The translations under genes and the position numbers were made by a program. Positions 41,210 through 50,357 of a DNA stretch of 64,000 nucleotides are shown in pieces (the stretch's first letter is position 1; each line of letters opens with the position of its first letter). Source of the DNA: an uncultured bacterium (GTDB taxonomy: Bacteria > Chloroflexota > UBA5177 > JANWHV01); the NCBI GenBank assembly GCA_963729625.1, contig CAVSOU010000007.1, forward strand, positions 320,001-384,000, written 5' to 3'. The notes under the pieces were generated by a model, which saw only the letters and a list, made by a program, of their open reading frames with translations, ran no database searches and was not told the origin of the DNA.

Positions 41210-41683
41210 GTGACCGCTCGCCAGGCCGCTGGGAAGGTCCTGGTTCTCGGCCTCGGAAACGACCTGATGGCCGACGACGCGGTGGGCCTGCTCGCTTCCC
41301 GGAGGCTTCGCACCATGCTGGACGGCCGAGCGGACGTCCGCGAGTCGTCACTGCACGGTTTGGCGCTACTCGAATCGTTTCTGGATTACGATTGCGCCGT
41401 GATCATCGACGCGATGCAGACCGGCCGCTATCCCCCGGGCACGATCGTGGAGCTTGGTCCTGATGACTTGCGCCCTATCGACGTGCCATCTCCACATTTC
41501 GCCGGGCTGCCGGAGCTCATGGAGCTAGCCCGCGCCCTGGAGTTGTCGTTCCCCTCGCGGATACGGATCCTGGCTGTGGAAGTGCTCGACACCATCGGCG
41601 TCGGTGGGCCAATGACCGCGGCCGTGCGAGAAGCGATCGCCGAGGTTTGCGAACGAGCATGCGGAATCGTTGACTCATTTTGA
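41210..41683 (+). CDS. Hydrogenase maturation protease (for MvhA)
   Basis: LGLGNDLMADDAVG, IIDA and SPH. Confidence 0.9.
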   Translation: MTARQAAGKVLVLGLGNDLMADDAVGLLASRRLRTMLDGRADVRESSLHGLALLESFLDYDCAVIIDAMQTGRYPPGTIVELGPDDLRPIDVPSPHFAGLPELMELARALELSFPSRIRILAVEVLDTIGVGGPMTAAVREAIAEVCERACGIVDSF

Positions 41684-41852
41684 CTTGGCGCACGGTTTGC
41701 CCAGGCCCGACCCATAAGGACCGCGGCGGGTGCGACGAACGACACAGTCGAGGCGCCGGATCGCCCCTATCCGCGATCTATCGTGGCGCACATGGCCCCC
41801 GGAGCAGCCGGCCGCGCCCGGTGTGCTGTACACCCCATACGAGTAGGGAGGC

Positions 41853-42359
41853 CTACTCTCCCGCCGCTGCTGGAGGTCTACCATTTCCCTGGGTCGGCGA
41901 TGACTGCCGGAGCTCGTCAACTACGGCCGCGACCACGAGAGGCAGTGCAGTTTCTACTCTCGGCGATAGTCCCTGGCCGAACGTGAAGGCGCTTCCCTCG
42001 ACTCCATGGATGATCAAGCGCGCCGGGAGCCGGCCGAGCAATCGCGACAGTTCCACCGCTTCCGCCAGGCCAAATGCGTGGCTCGAACAACGGAAACGCC
42101 CGGGCGGAATCGCCGTCGCGGTTGCGTCCAGCCGCACGAGGGTTCCTGGCTCGCCGTTGCTCCGAATCGCGTCGATCACCACGACGAAGTGCCTGCCGGC
42201 CCAGAGCTCCATCAAGTCGGCGCCCTCTCCGTCCATTTCACACGCGGTGCACAGACCCGCTGCAGCCTCGACTACGAGGCGCGCTGCCAGCGGGCCGAGC
42301 GCGTCGTCGCGACGAAAGACGTTGCCTATGCCGATGACGAGCGGAAGCGTAGAACTCAT
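41853..42359 (-). CDS. Hydrogenase maturation protease
   Basis: IGIGNVFRRDDALG, VIDA and SSH. Confidence 0.9.
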   Translation of the reverse strand: MSSTLPLVIGIGNVFRRDDALGPLAARLVVEAAAGLCTACEMDGEGADLMELWAGRHFVVVIDAIRSNGEPGTLVRLDATATAIPPGRFRCSSHAFGLAEAVELSRLLGRLPARLIIHGVEGSAFTFGQGLSPRVETALPLVVAAVVDELRQSSPTQGNGRPPAAAGE

Positions 42360-42434
42360 AGTTGTGGCAATCGTATCACCCCACGCGCCCATCTCCAGAT
42401 CCTGACGGAACTGCGTTCGCGGGACCGATCACAT

Positions 42435-42878
42435 CTACTCGCGCAACCGATGGAGAATCCAGGCGACAACCTGTGGCACCGCATCGGAGACAACGGGGGA
42501 AAGCGACTCGCCGAGCGCGAATGATTCGGCCCCGACAGCGCACAGCCACGCGGGTGGGGCGTGCCCGAACAGCGAACGCGCGGATTGCATCAACACCTGT
42601 GGTGTGCAGTGGTGCGTGAAAGCCGGCAACTCCCCGGCGAAAGGTGAGCAGTCGAGCATCGCGCACTGCACGGATCCGGCGGGAAGCTCGGCGCTTGCGT
42701 CGACGAAGATAACGCCGGTAGCACGGCTGATCGGGTCGGCTAGCTCTGGTGTGAGCTGGTTTGTCGCGAGGACATCGACCGTACCCTCATCCGTGTGCTC
42801 GAGCACCTGGTCAACCACTTCCTGGCCGAACCGGTCGTCGGAATGGAGCAGGCTGCCGTATCCGATCACCAACCACAT
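42435..42878 (-). CDS. hoxW: Hydrogenase maturation protease, HoxW-like
   Basis: IGYGSLLHSDDRFG, QLTPELA, IFVDA and THH; directly downstream of hoxH. Confidence 0.82.
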   Translation of the reverse strand: MWLVIGYGSLLHSDDRFGQEVVDQVLEHTDEGTVDVLATNQLTPELADPISRATGVIFVDASAELPAGSVQCAMLDCSPFAGELPAFTHHCTPQVLMQSARSLFGHAPPAWLCAVGAESFALGESLSPVVSDAVPQVVAWILHRLRE

Positions 42879-43013
42879 ATCTGCCCCCGGAACACATGTA
42901 TCGCATGTCAGAGCGCGCCTCCGGATACAGGCGCGGCCGGGTACGGGCGTGTGCCCGATCACCCGGCCGCGACCGTCAGTGACGCTCCGTGGCGATGCAC
43001 GGTGAATGCAACG

Positions 43014-44426
43014 TCAGCGTCTTAGTTCCTGCACCACCACGCCGTCCGGCGCCACGAGCTGCACCTGCATCGGCATGTGGCCGACGGCATGAGTTGAGCA
43101 GCTCAAGCACGGGTCATACGCTCGAATCACCGCCTCGACACGGTTCAGTATGCCTTCGCTCGCGTGGCCCCCCTTGATATAGTGTTGGGCGACTTGCTTC
43201 ACGCCCGCGTTCATCGCCAGGTTGTTGTGGCCCGTGGCTATGACCAGGTCGACGTAGGTGATCAGGCCGTTATCGTCGATCTTGTAGTGGTGCATGAGCG
43301 TGCCGCGCGGGGCCTCCGACACGCCGATCCCCTCGAGCGAGTTTGGCGCGGCGTAGGCGCGGATATGCTTGCTGAGAATGTCAGGATCTTCCAAGAGCTG
43401 CTGAATCTTCTCGTATGCGTAGAGCAGTTCGATCAGACGCGCGTAATGATAGTTGAACGACGCGCGATGATCGAGCTGCTTGAATATCGCATGCCACTTG
43501 TCGGCACGAGGCGTACCGCACCGGGTAGCAATGTGCAGGCGAGCCAGCGGGCCCACCCGATACATGCCGTCGGGAAAGCCGAGCGGCTTGTAGTACGGCG
43601 ACTTCAGGTAGCTGTGCGGCGTATCGACCTCGCCGATGATGGTCTTGAACTTATGGGGGTCGAGCCGCTCGACCACTGCAACGTTGCGATCGTCGACCAC
43701 TCGGAGCCAGCCGTCATAGGTCTCGAGCTCACCCTCGTCCCCGACCAGAGCAAGATACAGGCCGGGAAAATGGGCGAAGACGGAGATCTCCTCGCGGAAG
43801 CGTTCAAGCTCCGGCGTGAACCATTCCAGTGTGGCCTCGGCCCTGGCGATGGCATCCGGCATCATGGCAAGAATCCTGTCTCGATCCGTGATCGAGAGCT
43901 GCTTGTTGACGCCTCCGGCAACGCACCACCCGGGGTGGATGCGCTTGCCGCCCAAGATCTCGATGATCGTCTGCCCGATCTGCCGCAGCCGAATACCGTC
44001 CTTGGCCAGGTTCGGATGCTTCTGGGCAACACCGACGATGTTTCGAATGGTCGGATCCGCGTCCATGCCCAGAAGCAAGTCGGGCGATGACAGGTAGAAG
44101 AAGCTGAGGGCATGCGACTGGGCAATCTGCGCCAGATTCATGACCCTGCGCAGGTTCGCCGCGGTGGTCGGGATGCTCACGGACAGCAGGTGGTCGCAGG
44201 CCTTTGCCGATGCCATAAGATGGCTCACGGGGCAGATGCCGCAAATACGAGCCATGAGCGACGGCATTTCGTGGAAGGGCCGGCCCTCCGCGAACTTCTC
44301 GAAGCCGCGCAGCTGAGTAACGTGGAACAAGGCGTCCGTCACGTCGCCCGCATCGTCAAGTTGAATCGTGATTTTTGAGTGACCCTCGATTCGCGTTACG
44401 GGGTCGATTACAATCTCTCTGCTCAT
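43014..44426 (-). CDS. hoxH: Group 3d bidirectional [NiFe] hydrogenase large subunit
   Basis: [16 protein letters not shown] and DPCLSCSTH. Confidence 0.95.
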   Translation of the reverse strand: MSREIVIDPVTRIEGHSKITIQLDDAGDVTDALFHVTQLRGFEKFAEGRPFHEMPSLMARICGICPVSHLMASAKACDHLLSVSIPTTAANLRRVMNLAQIAQSHALSFFYLSSPDLLLGMDADPTIRNIVGVAQKHPNLAKDGIRLRQIGQTIIEILGGKRIHPGWCVAGGVNKQLSITDRDRILAMMPDAIARAEATLEWFTPELERFREEISVFAHFPGLYLALVGDEGELETYDGWLRVVDDRNVAVVERLDPHKFKTIIGEVDTPHSYLKSPYYKPLGFPDGMYRVGPLARLHIATRCGTPRADKWHAIFKQLDHRASFNYHYARLIELLYAYEKIQQLLEDPDILSKHIRAYAAPNSLEGIGVSEAPRGTLMHHYKIDDNGLITYVDLVIATGHNNLAMNAGVKQVAQHYIKGGHASEGILNRVEAVIRAYDPCLSCSTHAVGHMPMQVQLVAPDGVVVQELRR

Positions 44427-44436
44427 CGGTCCCTCC

Positions 44437-44952
44437 TCAGGCCCCGAACCAGGAAAGCGCATTGACGTCTGGCTGGCGGCCTGCCAGGAGGTCCTGAAGG
44501 ACCGCGAAGATGGTGTCGGCGGACGGCGGGCAACCAGGCACGAACACGTCCACCTTCACCGCGGTGTGGACGGGCTGGGCGAACGGCAGCAGCAAGGGAA
44601 CGTGAGTCGGCTGGAAGCCCTTGCTGACACGTTCCATGATGTTCTTCACGCCTACCGGGTTGCGCATCGACGGCACGTTCGCTGTTACCGCGCAGTCGCC
44701 CAGCGAGACCAGCACCTTCGTGCGCTCACGGATCATGCGAATCTTGTGCAGATCCTCCACGCTGCTCACCGCGCCTTCGACGAAGGTAATGTCCACGTCG
44801 TTCGGGAATACTTTGGGATCCACTAGCGGGCTGTACACGATATCGACAAGGCCGACAATGTCGAGCAACCGCTCGTCCATGTCGAGGAACGACATGTGAC
44901 ATCCCGAACATCCGTCGAGCCAGACCGTTGCGAACTTCTTCCGGTCGCTCAT
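44437..44952 (-). CDS. hoxY: Group 3d hydrogenase small subunit
   Basis: WLDGCSGCHMS, GDCA and PGCPP. Confidence 0.95.
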   Translation of the reverse strand: MSDRKKFATVWLDGCSGCHMSFLDMDERLLDIVGLVDIVYSPLVDPKVFPNDVDITFVEGAVSSVEDLHKIRMIRERTKVLVSLGDCAVTANVPSMRNPVGVKNIMERVSKGFQPTHVPLLLPFAQPVHTAVKVDVFVPGCPPSADTIFAVLQDLLAGRQPDVNALSWFGA

Positions 44953-45656
44953 TCTCTCACCCCTCGCATCTCGGCCAGGTACACGAGGAAGTCAGCTTGC
45001 TTGACCTGCTCGCCCGCGGCCATGCCCTTGTGGAACAGTGCCCCTGTTGGACACGCCTGCACGCACTTGCCGCAGCTGGTGCAGGTGGGGGACTCGCCCC
45101 ATGGCTGGCCGAGGTCGGCCATGACCACCGACTCGATACCGCGACCCATCACTTCCCAGGTGCGCGCGCCTTCGACTTCCTCGCATGTGCGAACACAGCG
45201 TGTACAGAGAATGCAGCGATTGGCATCGAAGGCAAACCGCTCATGAGAGGCATCAACGGGGCGCTTGGGGAAGCGATATGGAAGCGTGATGTGGTCGATT
45301 CCCAGTCTGTTCGCCATCGACTGCAGGCTGCAATGGCCGTTTGAGACACACACCGAACAGACGTGGTTCCCTTCCGAGTACAGCATCTCCACGATCACGC
45401 GCCGGTAGTTACTGAGCCGTTCCGACTCGGTCACCACCACCATGCCTTCGTGAACCAGCGTGACGCAGGCCGGCAAGAGCTTGGTCGTGCCTTGAACCTC
45501 GGTTACGCAGAGACGGCAGGCCCCGATATTGGCGATGCCGTTCTTGTGACAGAGCGTGGGTATGTACATGTGGTGAGCGCGAGCGACCTGAAGAATTGTC
45601 TCGTCATCGCGGCCACTCACTTCCTGTCCGTCAATTGTTAGGGTAACGACGCGCAT
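44949..45656 (-). CDS. hoxU: Diaphorase Fe-S subunit
   Basis: IPTLC, GACRLC, HVCSVC, CILCTRC and CTSCGKC. Confidence 0.95.
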   Translation of the reverse strand: MRVVTLTIDGQEVSGRDDETILQVARAHHMYIPTLCHKNGIANIGACRLCVTEVQGTTKLLPACVTLVHEGMVVVTESERLSNYRRVIVEMLYSEGNHVCSVCVSNGHCSLQSMANRLGIDHITLPYRFPKRPVDASHERFAFDANRCILCTRCVRTCEEVEGARTWEVMGRGIESVVMADLGQPWGESPTCTSCGKCVQACPTGALFHKGMAAGEQVKQADFLVYLAEMRGVRE

Positions 45657-45662
45657 CAGGGC

Positions 45663-47363
45663 CTACCTTCCGGTCTTTTGGTCGCCGATGGTGCAAACGC
45701 CCGCCGGGCAAGTCTTGTCGACAATGTGCGCCATGTATTCGTCGCGGAAGAAGCGCAGCGTGCTGAGAATCGGGTTCGGGGCGCCCTGGCCCAGGCCGCA
45801 CAGGCTCGTGTTCTTGACCATGTCGGACAGATCCTCGAGCAAGGCGAGATCGTCGAGCGTCGCCTCGAACCTCGAGATCTTCTCCAGCAGCCCGTAGAGT
45901 TGAGCAGTGCCGACGCGGCAAGGAATGCACTTGCCGCATGACTCGCTCATACAGAATTCCATGAAGTACCTGGCGATATCGACCATGCACGAGGTATCGT
46001 CCATGACGATCATGCCACCTGATCCCATGAAGGAGCCAAGCTTGACCAGCGACTCGTAGTCGACAGCCATGTCGAGGTGCTCGGCGGGAATACAGCCGCC
46101 GGCTGGTCCGCCCGTCTGCACCGCCTTGAATTCGTGCCCCTCGGGCACACCGCCCCCGATCTCGAAGATGATTTGGCGGAGGGTCGTGCCCAGTGGCACC
46201 TCTATGAGGCCCGTGTTCTTAATGCGCCCGCTCAATGCGAAGGTCTTTGTGCCTTTGCTCTTCTGCGTGCCGATGGCAGAGAACCAACCCGCTCCCTCGC
46301 GCATGATCGGCACGATGTTCGTATAGGTCTCGACGTTGTTGATCAGCGTCGGAAAGCCCCAGAGACCGGACGCCGCCGGGAAAGGCGGGCGCGGACGAGG
46401 TTGCCCCCGCTTGCCCTCGATGGAAGCGATGAGGGCCGTTTCCTCGCCGCACACAAACGCTCCGGCGCCGAGGCGCACCTCGACTTTGAGGTCGAACTGG
46501 GTGCCGCCGATACCGGACCCAAGCAGGCCGTATCGCTCTGCCAGGCGAATGGCATTCTGGACGCGCTTCACCGCCAGCGGGTATTCAGCGCGCACGTACA
46601 CGTAGCCCTGATCGGCCCCCACCGCGTAGGCGGCAATTGTCATGCCTTCAAGGACCCTGAACGGATAATCCTCCAGCACGCTGCGGTTCATGAACGCGCC
46701 AGGGTCGCCCTCATCGGCGTTGCAGACCACGTACTTGTGTTGGCCCTCCGCCTTCGCGACCGTGCCCCACTTCAAGCCGGTGGGGTAGCCCGCGCCGCCG
46801 CGCCCGCGCAGGCCGCTCTTCATGATCCTCTCGACGACGTCCTCTGGCTGCAACTGCATCAGCGTGTTGAGCAGCGCTGAGTAACCTCCCACGGCAATGT
46901 AGTCTTCGATGCGCTCTGGGTTGAGCAAACCCCGCAACTCCGTTACCACGCGCTTCTGGCCTGTGAAGAACGAAGATTGTGCGTCGCAACGGAGTCTCTC
47001 GACGGGTTTGTCGGACAGACTGTCCACGACGGCTGCGGCATCCTCCGGTGCAACGAGACGGTACATCTCGCCGTCAGGCTGGATGGTTACCAGCGGTGCT
47101 TCGGCGCAGTTACCCTGGCAGCCGCCGGCCGTGACGACGTATTCCTGTCCTAGCCCGCGAGCCTTGACTTCCGCGCTCAAGGCCGCGAGGACCTTGTCGC
47201 TCTGGCATGACTGGCAGGCCGTGCCCATGCACACGAAGACCCGCTTCTTTGCCTCGGCTTGCTTCGCTAGCTCCTGCTCCGCCAGATCCTGCAGTTCCTC
47301 GGTGCTGGTGACAGGTCCGGGCCTTGCCCCTATTCCGCCACCGGCGCGTCTTTCAGTTACCAT
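45663..47363 (-). CDS. hoxF: Diaphorase flavin subunit (NuoF-like)
   Basis: GRGGAGYP, NADEGDPG, CGEETAL and ESCGKCIPCR. Confidence 0.95.
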   Translation of the reverse strand: MVTERRAGGGIGARPGPVTSTEELQDLAEQELAKQAEAKKRVFVCMGTACQSCQSDKVLAALSAEVKARGLGQEYVVTAGGCQGNCAEAPLVTIQPDGEMYRLVAPEDAAAVVDSLSDKPVERLRCDAQSSFFTGQKRVVTELRGLLNPERIEDYIAVGGYSALLNTLMQLQPEDVVERIMKSGLRGRGGAGYPTGLKWGTVAKAEGQHKYVVCNADEGDPGAFMNRSVLEDYPFRVLEGMTIAAYAVGADQGYVYVRAEYPLAVKRVQNAIRLAERYGLLGSGIGGTQFDLKVEVRLGAGAFVCGEETALIASIEGKRGQPRPRPPFPAASGLWGFPTLINNVETYTNIVPIMREGAGWFSAIGTQKSKGTKTFALSGRIKNTGLIEVPLGTTLRQIIFEIGGGVPEGHEFKAVQTGGPAGGCIPAEHLDMAVDYESLVKLGSFMGSGGMIVMDDTSCMVDIARYFMEFCMSESCGKCIPCRVGTAQLYGLLEKISRFEATLDDLALLEDLSDMVKNTSLCGLGQGAPNPILSTLRFFRDEYMAHIVDKTCPAGVCTIGDQKTGR

Positions 47364-47877
47364 CGCCCGTCCATTCCGCTAGACGTGCCTTGGCCTGATC
47401 GGGACTCACATTGCCGGACACCTGGCCATCGAAAATCACCGCCGGAGCGATGCCGCAGGCGCCCAGGCAACGCGCCGTGAGCACCGACACCTTCTTGTCC
47501 TCGGTGGTCTCGCCCGGGCTGGCCCCGGTGGCATCCTTGACGGCTGAAATGAGCTTCGGCGCGCCCTTGATGTAGCATGCAGTTCCCATACACACGATGC
47601 AGGTGTGCTCGCCTTCAGGTTTCATCCGGAAGAGGCTGTAGAACGTCGCCACACCGTAGGCTTTGCTCAGGGGGATTCTCAGGCTCCGAGCGACGTAGCG
47701 CAATGTCGGTTCATCCAAATAGCCGAAGGCTTCCTGCGCGCTGTGCAGGGTCTCGATCAGCGCGCTCGCCGCAAACCCGTGGCGCCGCATCGTGGTGCCC
47801 ACGATTCGCCACCTCTTGTCGTCCGATGGAGCCGGAATGAACTTCGGCTCTGCGGGCAGTGCTATCAAACCAGGCAT
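47353..47877 (-). CDS. hoxE: Diaphorase [2Fe-2S] subunit (NuoE-like)
   Basis: GVATFY, CMGTAC and CLGAC. AAGGA RBS before ATG 47877. Confidence 0.93.
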   Translation of the reverse strand: MPGLIALPAEPKFIPAPSDDKRWRIVGTTMRRHGFAASALIETLHSAQEAFGYLDEPTLRYVARSLRIPLSKAYGVATFYSLFRMKPEGEHTCIVCMGTACYIKGAPKLISAVKDATGASPGETTEDKKVSVLTARCLGACGIAPAVIFDGQVSGNVSPDQAKARLAEWTGDGN

Positions 47878-48564
47878 TTCCTTTGTCAACCATCCATTTC
47901 CGCACAAACTCAGCCAATAATCCGTGCGAGGGTAATCTGGAGAGGCAAACTGCTGGAATCATTCCAATTCGGAGGCTGCAGGCGTGCGACGACTGCGCTC
48001 CACGGGGTTTACGAGCCGCGTTCCGATGCCGGCTTGTCTTGTCTCTTGCGTCTTACCCTCTGTCGTGCCGTTCGGTCTTCTCCGTCCGACGTCTGGCGCT
48101 TGTCAGTTGCGTGCCATATCCATGGCTCCCCTGTCGGGCCGAGAACCCAATCATGAGTGTAGCCCGGCCGAATGCCCCACGGAATAGGGTCCTTCGGTGA
48201 ACGACGCTGCGCCGAACGTCACTAAGAGAAGATACAACCGGCGTGATGATAGCACGACTAGCGCCTGTCACGCCGGACTCGCCTGACTGGCTCTATAACG
48301 GTTCCCATTCGGACGGCGTTAAGGCGTCGACGAGTCTCAGGGACTCACCTCCAAGGGCCCCCTCTATTTCTCGACGTACGCCCAGGGCAGGTATGATTGA
48401 ATTGAAGCGAGCGGATGCCGACGCCGCGGAGACTGCCCTGAAGTGTAGCCACTGTTCTGGCAGTACGTGACCGCGTGGTTATCCGAGTCCTGGCCCGTTA
48501 CAATGGCTAGTCAGTCACGCGTGGCCTCCGGAGAGTTGCCGCACGCGCACATGTGGAGTCGAAT

Positions 48565-49941
48565 ATGTCAACCGCGCATGACCGAGCGCACTCGCTGCGT
48601 ATTGCGATAATCGGTTCCGGTCCGTCCGGCCTTTACGCTGCCGAAGCGCTTACCCGGCAGCAGGACATCCCGGTGAGCATAGATGTCATCGATCGGCTGC
48701 CCACGCCGTATGGTCTCGTCCGCTATGGAGTTGCTCCCGATCACCAGAAGATAAAGGATGTGACGAAGGCTCTGCAACGTATCCTCGAGCACCCAAGCGT
48801 GCGCTTTCTCGGGAACGTGATGTGTGGGCGTGACCTCACGCACGGCGATCTTCGCCGGTTTTACGACGCGGTGATTTATGCGGTGGGAGCCTCCACGGAT
48901 CGTGCGCTAAACATACCGGGCGAGCATCTGGACGGAAGCGTGTCCGCCACGAAGTTCGTTTCCTGGTACAACAGTCACCCGGACTGGTCGGCGATCTCCA
49001 TGGAAGTGAATGCCAGGGGCGTCGCGGTGATCGGGGTCGGCAACGTTGCGGTTGACGTGGCTCGCGTGCTGGCCAAGACATACGATGAGCTCAGGGCGAC
49101 TGATATTGCACCGTACGCGCTCGACGTGCTCAAAGATAGCCCCGTAACCGACATCTATCTGCTCGGCCGGCGCGGCCCCGTCCAGGCAAAGTTCACTACC
49201 AAGGAGCTAAAAGACCTTGGCCAGCTGGAGGCAGCGGACATCGTGGTACGGCCCGAGGAAGTTGATGTGTCTCCCGACGAACTGGCGGCACTAGCGGACG
49301 GCACCGTGCGGCGCAACATTGAAGTCCTTCGCGAATTCGCATGCCGGCCGCTCAGCGGAAAACCTCGACGCATCCACCTGCGTTTCTTTGTATCACCGAT
49401 CGAGATCGTTGGAGAGGGCAGTGTCGAGGCGCTGCGCATAGAACGAAACCGTCTCGATGAACGGAAACGGGCGATTGGTACCGGAGTCTTCGAGACGTTG
49501 CCGGTGCAGATGGTTCTGCGCTCGGTCGGCTATAAGGGCGAACCTCTATCCGGGGTCCCGTTCGACCACCGATTGGGCGTAATTCCGAACGACGGCAGCC
49601 ATGTGCTTCGACACGGCGAGATCGTTCCGGGAGAATATGTGACCGGTTGGATCAAGAGCGGGCCTGTCGGCGTCATCGGAACGAATAAGCCATTCTCGGC
49701 CGAGACAGTCCGGCAGTTGTTGCTGGACGCTCCGACTCTTCCACGCGCTCCCATGCCCGACCCTGAAGCAGTGACCACGTTGCTGGACGAGCACCACGTG
49801 GCGTACGTCACGATGGAACAGTGGCTCACCCTCGACCGGCACGAGCGGGAGCTCGGTGTAGCCCAGGGACGCGCACGTGTCAAAGTCCACAATGTGGGCT
49901 CGATGCTGGACGTCTCACGCCGCGATGCCGTCACGACCTGA
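48565..49941 (+). CDS. Ferredoxin--NADP+ reductase, FprA/adrenodoxin reductase family
   Basis: GSGPSG, GLVRYGVAPDH, GVGNVAVDVAR, GRRG and GWIKSGPVGVIGTN. Confidence 0.9.
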   Translation: MSTAHDRAHSLRIAIIGSGPSGLYAAEALTRQQDIPVSIDVIDRLPTPYGLVRYGVAPDHQKIKDVTKALQRILEHPSVRFLGNVMCGRDLTHGDLRRFYDAVIYAVGASTDRALNIPGEHLDGSVSATKFVSWYNSHPDWSAISMEVNARGVAVIGVGNVAVDVARVLAKTYDELRATDIAPYALDVLKDSPVTDIYLLGRRGPVQAKFTTKELKDLGQLEAADIVVRPEEVDVSPDELAALADGTVRRNIEVLREFACRPLSGKPRRIHLRFFVSPIEIVGEGSVEALRIERNRLDERKRAIGTGVFETLPVQMVLRSVGYKGEPLSGVPFDHRLGVIPNDGSHVLRHGEIVPGEYVTGWIKSGPVGVIGTNKPFSAETVRQLLLDAPTLPRAPMPDPEAVTTLLDEHHVAYVTMEQWLTLDRHERELGVAQGRARVKVHNVGSMLDVSRRDAVTT

Positions 49942-50150
49942 CCGTTGTGCCACGCCCGCCGCACGGTCTGCGAATAGTCGCGGAGCCTCCGCCTGAAGAG
50001 GGTGGGAGGGTGCTCGATGGATGACTGCGGATGCGGTGATGGCCGCCCCGTCCACGTGCATCCGCAGGCTGCGCGGGACTATTCGCAGACAGCGTAGCGC
50101 TGCGTTCCGCGGTGCTCTCGCACGGTAGGGGGACAAAGTATCGCAGGGTA

Positions 50151-50164
50151 GTGACGTTTGGCCC
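50151..50164. promoter_or_regulatory. DosR-box-like site upstream of PFOR
   Basis: GTGAC-GTTT-GGCCC. Confidence 0.35.
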
Positions 50165-50357
50165 ATGTTGACGACCCTTTCTCCCCTGCCTGTGGGGTCC
50201 CCTGCATTTGTACCCTCAATCATGGAGACACCGCGGTTGCAGAGGTCTGGCAGTCGCGGCCGATGATATATCGTCTCTCGGCTTGTTCGCCTGTGTTGAG
50301 CCCCCATTCGAGGCCGGGCATGAAGACGGATGAGGAGAGGCACCACGGGCCAGCGAA

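Noticed and set aside
44949-47907. nuoE/F/G of respiratory complex I
   Set aside because: Directly followed by hoxY and hoxH with no membrane nuo subunits, so this is the Hox diaphorase.
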